DNA of 45,127 nt, from assembly GCA_045590575.1 (NCBI GenBank), contig JAZNRG010000155.1:1-45127 (forward strand), written 5' to 3'. Numbering within the stretch: the first letter of the stretch is position 1; each line of letters starts with the position of its first letter. Both the position numbers and the translations under genes were made by a program. The DNA is from Acutalibacteraceae bacterium (lineage in GTDB: Bacteria > Bacillota > Clostridia > Oscillospirales > Acutalibacteraceae). Below the pieces are notes generated by a model that saw only the letters and a program-made list of their open reading frames with translations, made no database searches and had not been told where the DNA came from. This document shows positions 1-9,073 of the stretch, one piece after another.

Positions 1-408
1 CGTTTCAGAAGTACCTGTAACGTTGACTTCATATGAATCGCCTTTTTCCATCTTTGATACAACTTTCGCATCGAAGAAACGGTTGTCGTACTGAATACCG
101 GTTGTGATGGTTGATACCCACATGTCTGACTTGACATAACCGCGGTATTCAAGCCATTGACCCGCCTTAACCTTACCATCAGTAGGTGTAAGCTGGCCAT
201 CATTAACTTCGAAAACTTCTGTTGCAAAGTAAACGAAATGGTCGTTATCCTTGCAGAGATCTGCATAGGATTTAACTGTATGAACTACGGGTTGGGGATC
301 TTCTGCTGCCGAAACTTCGGGAGCAAAGACATTGCCAATGCCGGAGAACATTCCAAAAATCATTGCTACTGCAAGAAATGCGCTCAGGCAGCGTTTGAAT
401 TTTGTCAT
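1..408 (-). CDS. Secreted/surface protein, 5' part only (runs off the window edge); possible cohesin-like beta domain
   Basis: Manual translation MTKFKRCLSAFLAVAMIFGMFSGIGNVFAPEVSAAED... shows a signal peptide. AGGAGG RBS lies 11 nt upstream, and the frame is open to position 1. Absent from the ORF track because it has no stop in the window. Confidence 0.8.
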   Translation of the reverse strand, partial: MTKFKRCLSAFLAVAMIFGMFSGIGNVFAPEVSAAEDPQPVVHTVKSYADLCKDNDHFVYFATEVFEVNDGQLTPTDGKVKAGQWLEYRGYVKSDMWVSTITTGIQYDNRFFDAKVVSKMEKGDSYEVNVTGTSET

Positions 409-488
409 TAGCTCATTTTCCTCCTTTAATATTTAATATGCATTGTTTCGCATATAAAAGTTTTCATCGGATAATTTATAGAGCTTGG

Positions 489-520
489 GGTACAACCCAC
501 ACGATAGTGTGAGTTGTACC
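489..520. other. Intergenic stem-loop between two co-oriented surface-protein genes
   Basis: GGTACAACCCACAC-gata-GTGTGAGTTGTACC. No U-tract follows on the coding (-) strand. Confidence 0.65.
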
Positions 521-550
521 AAAAATATAAATTAAGCAGGATTTAAAAAA

Positions 551-3500
551 TTAATAAATAATCTGTTCACCTGTGAGCATATCATAGGGGATATTTGCCT
601 TAGCAAATGCCTTGATAAGGTCAGCGTCACCTGTGTCAACTGAATAGTCATTGTTGATGTCGCCTGCACCGATTCTGGGTGATTCATACCAATGTTCGTT
701 ATATCCACCAGCTGCAAAGCTCTTAATTTCGTCGGCATCAGCAACGTCGATTGACATGTCGTTGTTGATTTCACCTTTAACGATTACATAATATGTTTCG
801 AGAACATTGCCATCGAGGTCTACAACCTGAACTGATGTACCTGTACCGTGCATATAGGTTTCGCTATCTTCTGTAATAATAACTTCGCAGTTTTCAAGAG
901 TTGCAAATGCGGGTTCGATTTCTGATGCATCGGAAAGACCAATACCTGCAAAGAGATAAGCATCAACGGGTGTGCCGTCTTCAAGAGCAAGACCCCAAGA
1001 AGCGGGACCGTCGTAATCAAGAGTGGGAACAACTGTAGTACCCCATTCAAGGTCGAAGAAGAGAGGATCTGTTGAGAGTTCGAAATAGGGTTCGCCTGAC
1101 GATGCAAACTCAAGAGCATCTCTTGCTGCGTTGAGTTCTTCAGCAAGCTTTGCGATGAGGTTGTTGTTATCGGTTGTGTCGCCGAGATCCTTATCGAGGT
1201 TTACTGCTGCCTGATATGCTGCATAGAATACATCATATGTTTCGGGAGAGTAAACAGTCTGAGTTTCGGGATCGCCTGCTGCAATAGCTTCTGCTGAAGC
1301 ATTGATTGCACTGTTAAGAACTGAGTAGTCAGCGCCCTTTGTAAGGTGCTTCCAAGCATAAACAAGCTCTGATGTTGCCTTGTTAACCTGTGAAGGTGCA
1401 AGGTCGGGTTCACCTGTTGCGCCTGTGATGGGTGTGTTGAGAGTTCTGAGAGCAAATGCTTCTGCTCTTCTGTACTGTTCAACTGAACCTCTTGTGTAGT
1501 TAGCAGCTTCTGATTCGGGAAGCTTGCCTGCAAATTCATTATAGATAAGCTGAAGCTTTGAGGTGTCTGCCTCAATTCTGATAAGACGCTCGCCGGTGAG
1601 GTTGAGCATATGGATAGCATAGATAGCTTCGATTGAACCAACAACACCCTGGTTAGCCTTAGCTTCCTGATATGCTGCGATTGATTCGCCGTATCTTATG
1701 AGATCTTCTTCTGAAGGCTGATAGTTTTCACCGTAGATATCTGCATCGGTGAAGGGAGCCATAGCTACGATTTCCTGTGACTCAACAAGGCTGTTTGCTC
1801 TTCTGAGAGCATCCTTATATCTGTTGTAGGTGTGAGGAACGTAGTCGCGCATGCCGAAGTATACATATGCGGGATCATCATATTCGAGATCCTTTCTGTA
1901 ATCAGCATCGGGACCTGCAACGATTGAATAGTTTAAACCGCTGTATACTTTGATAACATCTGTGATGCCGGTGATACCTGAGTTCTTTTCATAAACTTCA
2001 AGTGCTTCGATTGCAAGTTCAAGAGCTTCTGCAAGTTCTTCATATCTGTTCTTATACTGATTGTTTGTTGCCTGGATATCAGCCCAGAATGAAGATGCTG
2101 CCTTGGGCTTAAGAACGAATCTTGCGACATCCTTAAGAACTGCAACATAGTTTGAATAAGCTTCGTTGTGAGAACCATCTTCTGAATAGTAGTTTGAAAG
2201 CTGGCGGTTAGATGTAACTGCTCTGTCGAATGCACCTTCAAGACCATAATCATCATAAAGGAAGAGAGCTGTGTTTATGTTCTTTTCTGTGCCTGCAGCG
2301 TTGACAACTGTTGTAAGAGTATAAGCACCGTCTTCGATACCTACTGTGTAGTCTTCGATAACGGGATCGCCGTTTTCATCAAGAATAACTTCGCCTGTTT
2401 CTTCATCAACAGCGTAGATGGGTTCTTTTCTGTTCCACTTTTCTTCGTATGTTTCGTTTGATTCTTCATCAGTAACGGTGTGTGTCTTAACTTCGAAGGG
2501 ATATACGAAGTAAACACCGCCTTCACCGGTCATATTGTGACTGATATCACCGGGTTCTGTGCTGAGCTGAACGTAATCATTCAAGCCGCTGACTGCTGTT
2601 GCGTTGAGAGCACCTGTTGAACCCTTATCTGTATCTTCAACACGGATAACATATGATTCGATATCATCGAGATCGTCGCCGCCTTCAAGGAAGATAGCGG
2701 GTGCATAGTAGAGTTCACGTTCTGAACCGAGGTCTACAAATTCTTCTCTTTCGTCGTCTGACTTATCAGTCTTACCAACGTAAGCATAAACAGTCTTGCT
2801 GAGACCGGAAGCGATAGCATCGCCAGATTCGCCGTTAACATCGTAGTTTACAACGTACTCAATAAGAGTGTTTTCTGCGAATGTACCTGTGAGAGTAACG
2901 TTAACTCTGTCACCGCCGGCGATTGTTGCGCCGCGAGCGAGGTTATCAGCAACAGCGTTGGTGTTAACGCCTGCTGAGTTGTAAGTATAAACGTTCTTTG
3001 ATACGATTTTATAAGTGTAAAGCTGATCCTGAGTGAAGTTGCCGTTTTCATCGGTGTAACCGGTGTTGATACCGCTTGAACCGTTGATTACTTCAAAGGA
3101 AACTGATGTTGAGCCTGCAGCGATTGTTTCGGGAAGATAGATTTCCATCTCTTCGAATTCCTGGTCGTCTGCAAGACCGAGAAGCATACAAGCAAGGGGA
3201 AGTGCTGTTGCTGCGATGTATCCGCCGCGGCCTTCCATTGTTGCACCGCCGGCATTAGTAAATGAGCTGTAACCGAGTGAACCGATAAGGTCATAAACCA
3301 TATCTGCAAGAAGTTCATTCTGGAGAACAGCGTCAACTGTTGCCTGAGGCTGGAATACATCGGGGAAGATGAGATCAAATACATTGTCAAGAATGTCAAC
3401 GATGATCTGAACACCGTTCATTGTTGCGAATGCACCTGATTCGTTCTTATCGAAGATAACAACAAGGTTTGTTGCATCAAGAGTATAGAGAGGCTTGAGA

Positions 3501-5614
3501 AGATGGTTGAAGATGAAATTCTTGGAAACAATCTGAGTGCCGTCACCTGCGATAACTTCTGAAATCCAGGGAGTTGCACCTTCGCCGCCCTTGATGGGGA
3601 TGATGGCGTTAATAAGAGTATCGAGATCCATCCAAACATCGTCAGCTGTGTGAGTACCGGGGTTGTCGCATCTGAAATCTACATACTTTGTGTTAAGAAG
3701 TGCGCCGTAGTTGCCGATTCCCCACTCTGCAATCTTAACAAGGTTTGTTTCATAACTGCCGTTATCACCCTGATACTGAAGAAGACCGGTGTTGGTGAGA
3801 GGATTGGTACCGTTTGCATTGGGATCCATATCGAAGCCCTGGTTAAGGTTGTAAACAGCAATATCGAAGAGGATGTCAATCATCTTATCTACAACTGCTG
3901 CGTAGTATTCTTCAGGAGTATCGAAATCAGAAAGAACGGGCTTGGTGTAAGTCATATGAGGAATATCCTGATATGCAAGCTGTTCTGTTGCTCTGTAACC
4001 AACATCAACGAGAGTATTATACGTATCTTCAACGTAAATATAGTCAACTGAGTTGTTGAGGATTTCTCTGAGGATGAGAGAAACAATTTCCTGACCGCTC
4101 ATCGCCTTGATATCAGCAGCTGAGGGAAGTTCTGCTCTGTCGCTGAAGAAGAGGTCGCCTGTTACGATAACAACATACTTACCAAAATCAACGATGTTAT
4201 CGAAGAGAGCTGCATTGCCCTGGCTGTAGTCCCATGTCCAAGTAGCTACATCATCAGTACCGGGAATAGGATAGTTATTTGTAGCAATATTAGCAACAAA
4301 ATCACCGAGAACAGTGTTGAAATGTTCAACAAAGGTCATGTTGTCGGGAACTGTTACGGTCTGAACCTTGATGTTACCTGCATGCATTTCTTCGTGCTTG
4401 AAGAGCTGTGCAATGACGGGAAGTTCTGCAGGAGCTTCACCGTGATAGTCGGGATCGTAGTCGAGGTTAGCAACTGAACCGTAAACGGGTTCGCCGTTTT
4501 CGTCAACCATAGGAGTACCGTCTTCGTTTGTGAGAGGTCTCCAGAGAGTTTTGTTGTTATACTTTTCATCAAATGTATAACCGCAAAGACCGAGAACCCA
4601 CTCAATTGTGTCTCTGTTGAGAACGGGAACAAGAAGATGGTTGTAAGCGGTTCTCATAAGGTTTTCGATGAAATCGTAACCTTTCTTTGTAGTATTGATA
4701 TTAATTGTATCATAGATAGCAGCGGGAACTGTTGTGTCAGAAGCGTCCTCTCTTACACAACCGCCGAGACCGACTGTTACCCATGACTGGGGATGAACAT
4801 AACCGTAGTAATTGTACTTATCAGTATCAAAATATGTTTCACCATACTTTTCAGTAAAGCCGTAGTTGAAGTAGTCAACGTTGCTCTGGGGATTGTTGAA
4901 TTCGTCGTCGAGGAGCTTCCACTCGCCGAGAACGAGCTCATTGAGAAGAGTCTGAAGAAGAGTTATAGCACCGTTGTTGTTATCAAGGTACTTAGCAGGG
5001 ATTGCAGCTGCGCCGTCGTCCATATAGTCGAAATCGATTGCCTTGCCTTCTTCAAGCATACCAAAAATGAGACCGATAGCGAGTTCTCTTACGTTGAACT
5101 TGTAGTCAGCAATGAAACCGTCGAGAATACCAACGGAAACAGTACCTGCAACATAGTTGTGAGCGATGTCTCTGAGGTTAGCTACGAAATCAAGAAGAGC
5201 ATAGATGATTTCGATATCCTTCTTGCTGTCTGTCTTTGCGCCTCTTGAAACACCTTCGAGAGGTTCACAGATATTGGGTAATGTTTTTGCATCACCGAGA
5301 AGAGGGATAAGAGCTGCGCCTGTGTCAAGGAAGCTGAGAACACTGGCGATTGTTGCGTCGACACTTGTAAGGTCGAGGGTAAGAAGACCGAGAAGGTCAA
5401 GAACCATCTGTTCCTTAGCAAGCATACGATCGAGTTCGTCGAGAGCCATTGAAGCATACTGGTCAAGAGTGAACTCGGGAGAGTCAACGTCATTGTAGCT
5501 GCCTGCAATAGCGGTTCCCTTATAGGCATGGTATGCACTACCCATTACGGAGAAGTTACCGATGAGCATTACAAAAGCCATAAGGATTGAGAGAATGCGG
5601 ATTGACTTTTTCAA
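551..5614 (-). CDS. Large (1687 aa) acidic secreted surface protein with FIVAR-like helical region and C-terminal dockerin-like domain
   Basis: Likely start is TTG at 5614 after GGAGG, giving signal peptide MKKSIRILSILMAFVMLIG. The C-terminus has a duplicated Ca-loop motif (GEINNDMSIDVADA / GDINNDYSVDTGDA) typical of dockerins. Confidence 0.85.
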   Translation of the reverse strand: MKKSIRILSILMAFVMLIGNFSVMGSAYHAYKGTAIAGSYNDVDSPEFTLDQYASMALDELDRMLAKEQMVLDLLGLLTLDLTSVDATIASVLSFLDTGAALIPLLGDAKTLPNICEPLEGVSRGAKTDSKKDIEIIYALLDFVANLRDIAHNYVAGTVSVGILDGFIADYKFNVRELAIGLIFGMLEEGKAIDFDYMDDGAAAIPAKYLDNNNGAITLLQTLLNELVLGEWKLLDDEFNNPQSNVDYFNYGFTEKYGETYFDTDKYNYYGYVHPQSWVTVGLGGCVREDASDTTVPAAIYDTININTTKKGYDFIENLMRTAYNHLLVPVLNRDTIEWVLGLCGYTFDEKYNNKTLWRPLTNEDGTPMVDENGEPVYGSVANLDYDPDYHGEAPAELPVIAQLFKHEEMHAGNIKVQTVTVPDNMTFVEHFNTVLGDFVANIATNNYPIPGTDDVATWTWDYSQGNAALFDNIVDFGKYVVIVTGDLFFSDRAELPSAADIKAMSGQEIVSLILREILNNSVDYIYVEDTYNTLVDVGYRATEQLAYQDIPHMTYTKPVLSDFDTPEEYYAAVVDKMIDILFDIAVYNLNQGFDMDPNANGTNPLTNTGLLQYQGDNGSYETNLVKIAEWGIGNYGALLNTKYVDFRCDNPGTHTADDVWMDLDTLINAIIPIKGGEGATPWISEVIAGDGTQIVSKNFIFNHLLKPLYTLDATNLVVIFDKNESGAFATMNGVQIIVDILDNVFDLIFPDVFQPQATVDAVLQNELLADMVYDLIGSLGYSSFTNAGGATMEGRGGYIAATALPLACMLLGLADDQEFEEMEIYLPETIAAGSTSVSFEVINGSSGINTGYTDENGNFTQDQLYTYKIVSKNVYTYNSAGVNTNAVADNLARGATIAGGDRVNVTLTGTFAENTLIEYVVNYDVNGESGDAIASGLSKTVYAYVGKTDKSDDEREEFVDLGSERELYYAPAIFLEGGDDLDDIESYVIRVEDTDKGSTGALNATAVSGLNDYVQLSTEPGDISHNMTGEGGVYFVYPFEVKTHTVTDEESNETYEEKWNRKEPIYAVDEETGEVILDENGDPVIEDYTVGIEDGAYTLTTVVNAAGTEKNINTALFLYDDYGLEGAFDRAVTSNRQLSNYYSEDGSHNEAYSNYVAVLKDVARFVLKPKAASSFWADIQATNNQYKNRYEELAEALELAIEALEVYEKNSGITGITDVIKVYSGLNYSIVAGPDADYRKDLEYDDPAYVYFGMRDYVPHTYNRYKDALRRANSLVESQEIVAMAPFTDADIYGENYQPSEEDLIRYGESIAAYQEAKANQGVVGSIEAIYAIHMLNLTGERLIRIEADTSKLQLIYNEFAGKLPESEAANYTRGSVEQYRRAEAFALRTLNTPITGATGEPDLAPSQVNKATSELVYAWKHLTKGADYSVLNSAINASAEAIAAGDPETQTVYSPETYDVFYAAYQAAVNLDKDLGDTTDNNNLIAKLAEELNAARDALEFASSGEPYFELSTDPLFFDLEWGTTVVPTLDYDGPASWGLALEDGTPVDAYLFAGIGLSDASEIEPAFATLENCEVIITEDSETYMHGTGTSVQVVDLDGNVLETYYVIVKGEINNDMSIDVADADEIKSFAAGGYNEHWYESPRIGAGDINNDYSVDTGDADLIKAFAKANIPYDMLTGEQIIY

Positions 5615-5629
5615 ATTTGTACACCTCCA

Positions 5630-5866
5630 AAAAAATTTGCAAAAAAGTATTGGACTCGGATTAATCAATTTGGCTGCAGCCTTTGAAACAAACAGCCTTT
5701 CAGCTGCAAGCCAAAAGCAACTTTTCAAAGCCGACCTCCTTGACATTCCCGGCATAACCCGGAATAACGACTTCTAAAAGAGCAAATCCGACTAATCCAG
5801 ATGGTCTTGCAAAAGCAGAACTTCGGAAAGTCGAAGTATCCGCAGATACAAAACCACTATATGGTC
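5630..5866 (-). ncRNA. Candidate structured cis-acting 5' leader RNA
   Basis: Several nested complementary segments lie between the promoter and the RBS (see findings). No family recognised. Confidence 0.5.
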
Positions 5867-5872
5867 ATATTA

Positions 5873-5901
5873 AATATACCTAAAATTTCTGCTGATGTCA
5901 A
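5873..5901 (-). promoter_or_regulatory. Sigma-A promoter for the 1687-aa surface protein
   Basis: TTGACA (5901-5896), 17 nt, TATATT (5878-5873) on the minus strand. Confidence 0.75.
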
Positions 5902-6411
5902 CGATTTTCAAGTCCGATTTCATATTTTGTTAATAATCAACAAGCCGCCTTGAACAATTTTGGACAATGTGACAATCTAATAATACCGTTATATGTGTAA
6001 AGGCGTTTGCCATTACAAACTTTGTAGTTTGTTTATGTGTAAGATTGTTCTTAAAAAATAGACAATATATAAAATGTATAATAAATCATACAAAATAATC
6101 CCTCATAGACTTGCTTTAAATTTTCTTAATTTGAATTATATCATCTCTTGTAAAGTGGATTATCTTTACAAGATTGCGTTTACATTACAGCAGCTGATGT
6201 TGAATTTTTAAACAAAAAACGCCGTGTTTTATCAAGTTTCAAAATAAAAAACACCGTTTCTGCCTGAAAGAAGCAAAAAAACGGTGTTTGTAAAACGGTT
6301 TTGCTTTACAGTCATTTACAGCGTTTTGTTTTAAGCAAAACAACCCGTTTATCATCTAACCATTCCAATTGGATGTGTTCGGACAAAAAACACACACATT
6401 TTATCTGTTTT

Positions 6412-6552
6412 TTATCTGCGGTTTAATTTTAATATCATTATTCCGCACACTATAACAGCGGCAACAGCAACGGTTTTCTTTGCAGCATCCATAACACGGA
6501 CAGTTTTATATGCCGCATTCGCAACTTTTGCTATATTAGATATTTCGTTCAT
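6412..6552 (-). CDS. Small (46 aa) putative membrane protein downstream of spoVAD
   Basis: MNEISNIAKVANAAYKTVRVMDAAKKTVAVAAVIVCGIMILKLNRR. GGAGG RBS overlaps the spoVAD 3' end, and the C-terminal segment is hydrophobic. Below the ORF-track size cutoff. Confidence 0.55.
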   Translation of the reverse strand: MNEISNIAKVANAAYKTVRVMDAAKKTVAVAAVIVCGIMILKLNRR

Positions 6553-6555
6553 TGA

Positions 6556-6954
6556 TTATCCTCCCGTCAACAGAACACCGTGAGCTACGGACGGTATACT
6601 TTCGCTCTGCAAGGAGGAAACTCCCGACATAAGGGCGCCCGTACCAACAAAAAGAACCTTTTTCAGTTCTCCGTTCTCAATTTTTGTCAGTATGTCAGAG
6701 CACAACACCGCCGCACTGCATCCGCATCCGGACCCCCCTGATCCCACATCGTTTTGCTTCACGGTATCATAAATCATCAATCCGCAATCGTTGTGTACTG
6801 CGGAAATATCTGTATTCTCCTGCTTTATCATAAGCTCGCACAGAAGCTCCGTACCTACAGCTCCCAAATCACCGGTCAGAATCAAATCATAGTCATCAGG
6901 TTTGGTGTTTGTATCGCTCAGAAAATCGCTTATGGTGCGGCATGCAGCAGGTGT
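6556..6954 (-). pseudogene. spoVAD: 3' fragment (~132 codons, intact frame) of stage V sporulation protein AD; probably half of a split gene
   Basis: Has the SpoVAD motifs PAA..TI, DYDLILTGDL, HNDCGLMIY, GGSGCGCS, TGALMS and SIPSVAHGV. The ~200 N-terminal residues of a ~340-aa SpoVAD are absent, and there is no RBS. Confidence 0.9.
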
Positions 6955-6976
6955 TGATGTCAAGGGTACACCATAA
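6930..6976. mobile_element. Putative serine-recombinase attachment site at the spoVAD breakpoint
   Basis: Perfect 8-bp inverted repeat TTATGGTG (6930-6937) / CACCATAA (6969-6976), centred on 6953, the codon where SpoVAD similarity starts. Confidence 0.6.
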
Positions 6977-7005
6977 AAAAGAAGCTGCCATTTTCAGACA
7001 GCTTC
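6975..7005 (-). terminator. Rho-independent terminator of the kinase-nucleotidyltransferase operon
   Basis: Minus strand GAAGCTGTC-tgaaaat-GGCAGCTTC-TTTTTT. Confidence 0.85.
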
Positions 7006-7010
7006 CGATT

Positions 7011-7748
7011 TCATTTATCTATTCCTTTATACTCTGTTTTAACTTTTTCATAGCTCTCGAGATTGCCGATATCATAACGGCTGCCGGGCATCTCCATTGC
7101 ATGAACTTCAGTCTGAGTGCAGAGCCAGGCAATAAAACTGCCCGGTGCATCCGTACCGCATCCGCTGTCTATCCCCTTCTGCACAAGCCTTGCATCGGAT
7201 TTTGTGTAGTAATAGAACGGCGGACAGCACCAGTTTGTTGCGGGATTCGGTGATTTCTCGGTCATATTGAGAACTTTATCATTTCCATCAATAGTTACAA
7301 CTCCGCATTTGAGGAGTTTGTTGAACTCGGGTTCAAAATATCTCATTATGCAGGAGGTCGCTTTAGCCTTTGCATATGAAACAAACTTTGTAAGGCTGAA
7401 ATCGAGAACGTTATCACCTGCGATTACAAGCATATCATCGTCAAGATTAAGCATATCGATAGCAAACTGAATGTCTTTGACCGCACCCAATCGGGTTTCG
7501 TTGGTATCCGTGCCGTCGTCAACAACGGTTACTTTCTGCGATTTTGTTGCTGCCCATTTTTCAAAATGATGAGCGAATTTATGGTTGGAAATAACAACAT
7601 ATTCGTTAACTTCACCCGATGCGTCGATATCGTCAATGAGCCAGTCGAGAATTGTTTTGTCACCCACTTCAAGAAGAGGCTTTGGGAAATTTTTAGTCAA
7701 AGGATAAAGACGGGTTGCATATCCCGCCGCTAATATAAGACACTTCAT
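7011..7748 (-). CDS. Sugar-1-phosphate nucleotidyltransferase (NTP_transferase family)
   Basis: N-terminal LILAAGYATRLYPLT..PKPLL, GDN and C-terminal DIG motifs. Confidence 0.9.
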   Translation of the reverse strand: MKCLILAAGYATRLYPLTKNFPKPLLEVGDKTILDWLIDDIDASGEVNEYVVISNHKFAHHFEKWAATKSQKVTVVDDGTDTNETRLGAVKDIQFAIDMLNLDDDMLVIAGDNVLDFSLTKFVSYAKAKATSCIMRYFEPEFNKLLKCGVVTIDGNDKVLNMTEKSPNPATNWCCPPFYYYTKSDARLVQKGIDSGCGTDAPGSFIAWLCTQTEVHAMEMPGSRYDIGNLESYEKVKTEYKGIDK

Positions 7749-7750
7749 AG

Positions 7751-8929
7751 TTACACCTCAAGATTCACACCGTCTGCACTTTCGCAGATGTGAACGGAAT
7801 ATTTGCCCTCAAGATGAGGGAATGCTTCGAGATATTCACGGGTTACGGATTCAATAATACGTTCTTCATAATCGGGATTGATAAGTGCCATACAGCATCC
7901 CTTGAAGCCTGCACCCGAGAAACGTCCGCCGTAGATTCCTTCGGTATGAGTCATAATTTCATAGAGCTTTTTTAGTTCGGGAGAACCCGTTTCCCAATTA
8001 TAAATCGAAGATTTGCCGCTTTCAAAAGAAAGTCTGCCGAATTCTTCGATATCGCCGTTTCTGAATGCTTCCGCGCCTCTCTGAACACGGTCGAATTCCG
8101 TATACCAATGCTCGGCACGTTTGCGCCAGTTTTCGGGAAGCTTATCTTTGTATTCAAGATAAACTTCATAGGGAACATCACGGAGATTTGTTTCTTCAAA
8201 CTTACCGTAATCCATACCTGCATAAGCCTTCAAAGCATAAGCGGCACTTCTGCATTCATCAACTCGCATATTGAATGCCGAGCCTGCAAGAGAACGTTCG
8301 AGACCGCTGAAAAAGATTGCTATTTTATAGGGTTTCATTGCAGGATTCTGTGGGATAAGCTCGTATGTATCGTTCTGCAAATCCATATATAAAAGGTGGT
8401 CTTTTTTGCAGTAAACTTCGCAGGATTGGTCAAGCTTTCCGCAGGAAACACCGACATAAGCATTCTCGGCTTCCTGAGAAATGGCAATAAGCTCTGCAGG
8501 TTCAAGTTCAATGCGGTTCATTGTGCAGAGAGCTGACAAAAAAGTTATGATTACCGCCGCGGATGACGAAAGACCGCCGATGGGTAATTCACCGTCAACA
8601 ACAGCGCAAAGTCCTCTGCGCAGAGGATAACGCTTGTTCAAAGCAATCGTTGCTCCTCGGAGGTGGTCTGCCCAGTCATCCTGAGGCGTTTCGGGAGTTG
8701 CCGCAACATGCCATTGAGCACGCTTGTCAAACTGCATCGATTTGATTTCAATAACACCGTTTTCCTTGGGACCGTATGCAATATGTATACCCTTATTGAT
8801 GGCAAAACCCGTGATTTTGCCGAGCTGGTGGTCGCTGTGTGCACCTATCGGGCAGATTCTGTACGGTGTGAATGCGGTATACTGAGCAGTTTTCTTGTAT
8901 GTCTGTTCAAACATTTGGGCAGCAGTCAT
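7751..8929 (-). CDS. GHMP-family sugar kinase, galactokinase/galacturonokinase-like
   Basis: PYRICPIGAHSDHQ substrate motif, PIGGLSSSAA ATP loop and GGRFSGAGFKGC. Confidence 0.9.
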   Translation of the reverse strand: MTAAQMFEQTYKKTAQYTAFTPYRICPIGAHSDHQLGKITGFAINKGIHIAYGPKENGVIEIKSMQFDKRAQWHVAATPETPQDDWADHLRGATIALNKRYPLRRGLCAVVDGELPIGGLSSSAAVIITFLSALCTMNRIELEPAELIAISQEAENAYVGVSCGKLDQSCEVYCKKDHLLYMDLQNDTYELIPQNPAMKPYKIAIFFSGLERSLAGSAFNMRVDECRSAAYALKAYAGMDYGKFEETNLRDVPYEVYLEYKDKLPENWRKRAEHWYTEFDRVQRGAEAFRNGDIEEFGRLSFESGKSSIYNWETGSPELKKLYEIMTHTEGIYGGRFSGAGFKGCCMALINPDYEERIIESVTREYLEAFPHLEGKYSVHICESADGVNLEV

Positions 8930-8964
8930 TTCGAGCTCCTCCGTTGATATCCATAATCTTTTAT

Positions 8965-9042
8965 ATTATATCGTATAATTAATTTTTCGTCAATTAAATT
9001 ATAAAAAACGCTATTGATAGCGTTTGATATGTGTGATATAAT
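8965..9042. promoter_or_regulatory. Back-to-back sigma-A promoters
   Basis: Minus: TTGACG(8993-8988)-17-TATAAT(8970-8965). Plus: TTGATA(9014-9019)-17-TATAAT(9037-9042) with extended -10 TG. Confidence 0.7.
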
Positions 9043-9073
9043 CAAACCGATTTTATATACAGGGAGCCGAAAA

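Noticed and set aside
820-5538. Many alternative-frame and antisense ORFs within the large genes (also 9596-10303, 24751-25323, 39948-40790 and 41502-44837)
   Set aside because: These are shadow ORFs arising from the codon bias of long real genes; they carry no motifs.
5615-5755. 47-codon N-terminal extension of the 1734-aa ORF in the track
   Set aside because: The GGAGG RBS and signal peptide place the start at TTG 5614; the extension lies within the structured leader.
6958-6963. TTGACA/TTG as promoter or start codon for a stand-alone short SpoVAD
   Set aside because: There is no -10 box at the proper spacing and no RBS. It sits inside the att-like site right after a terminator.
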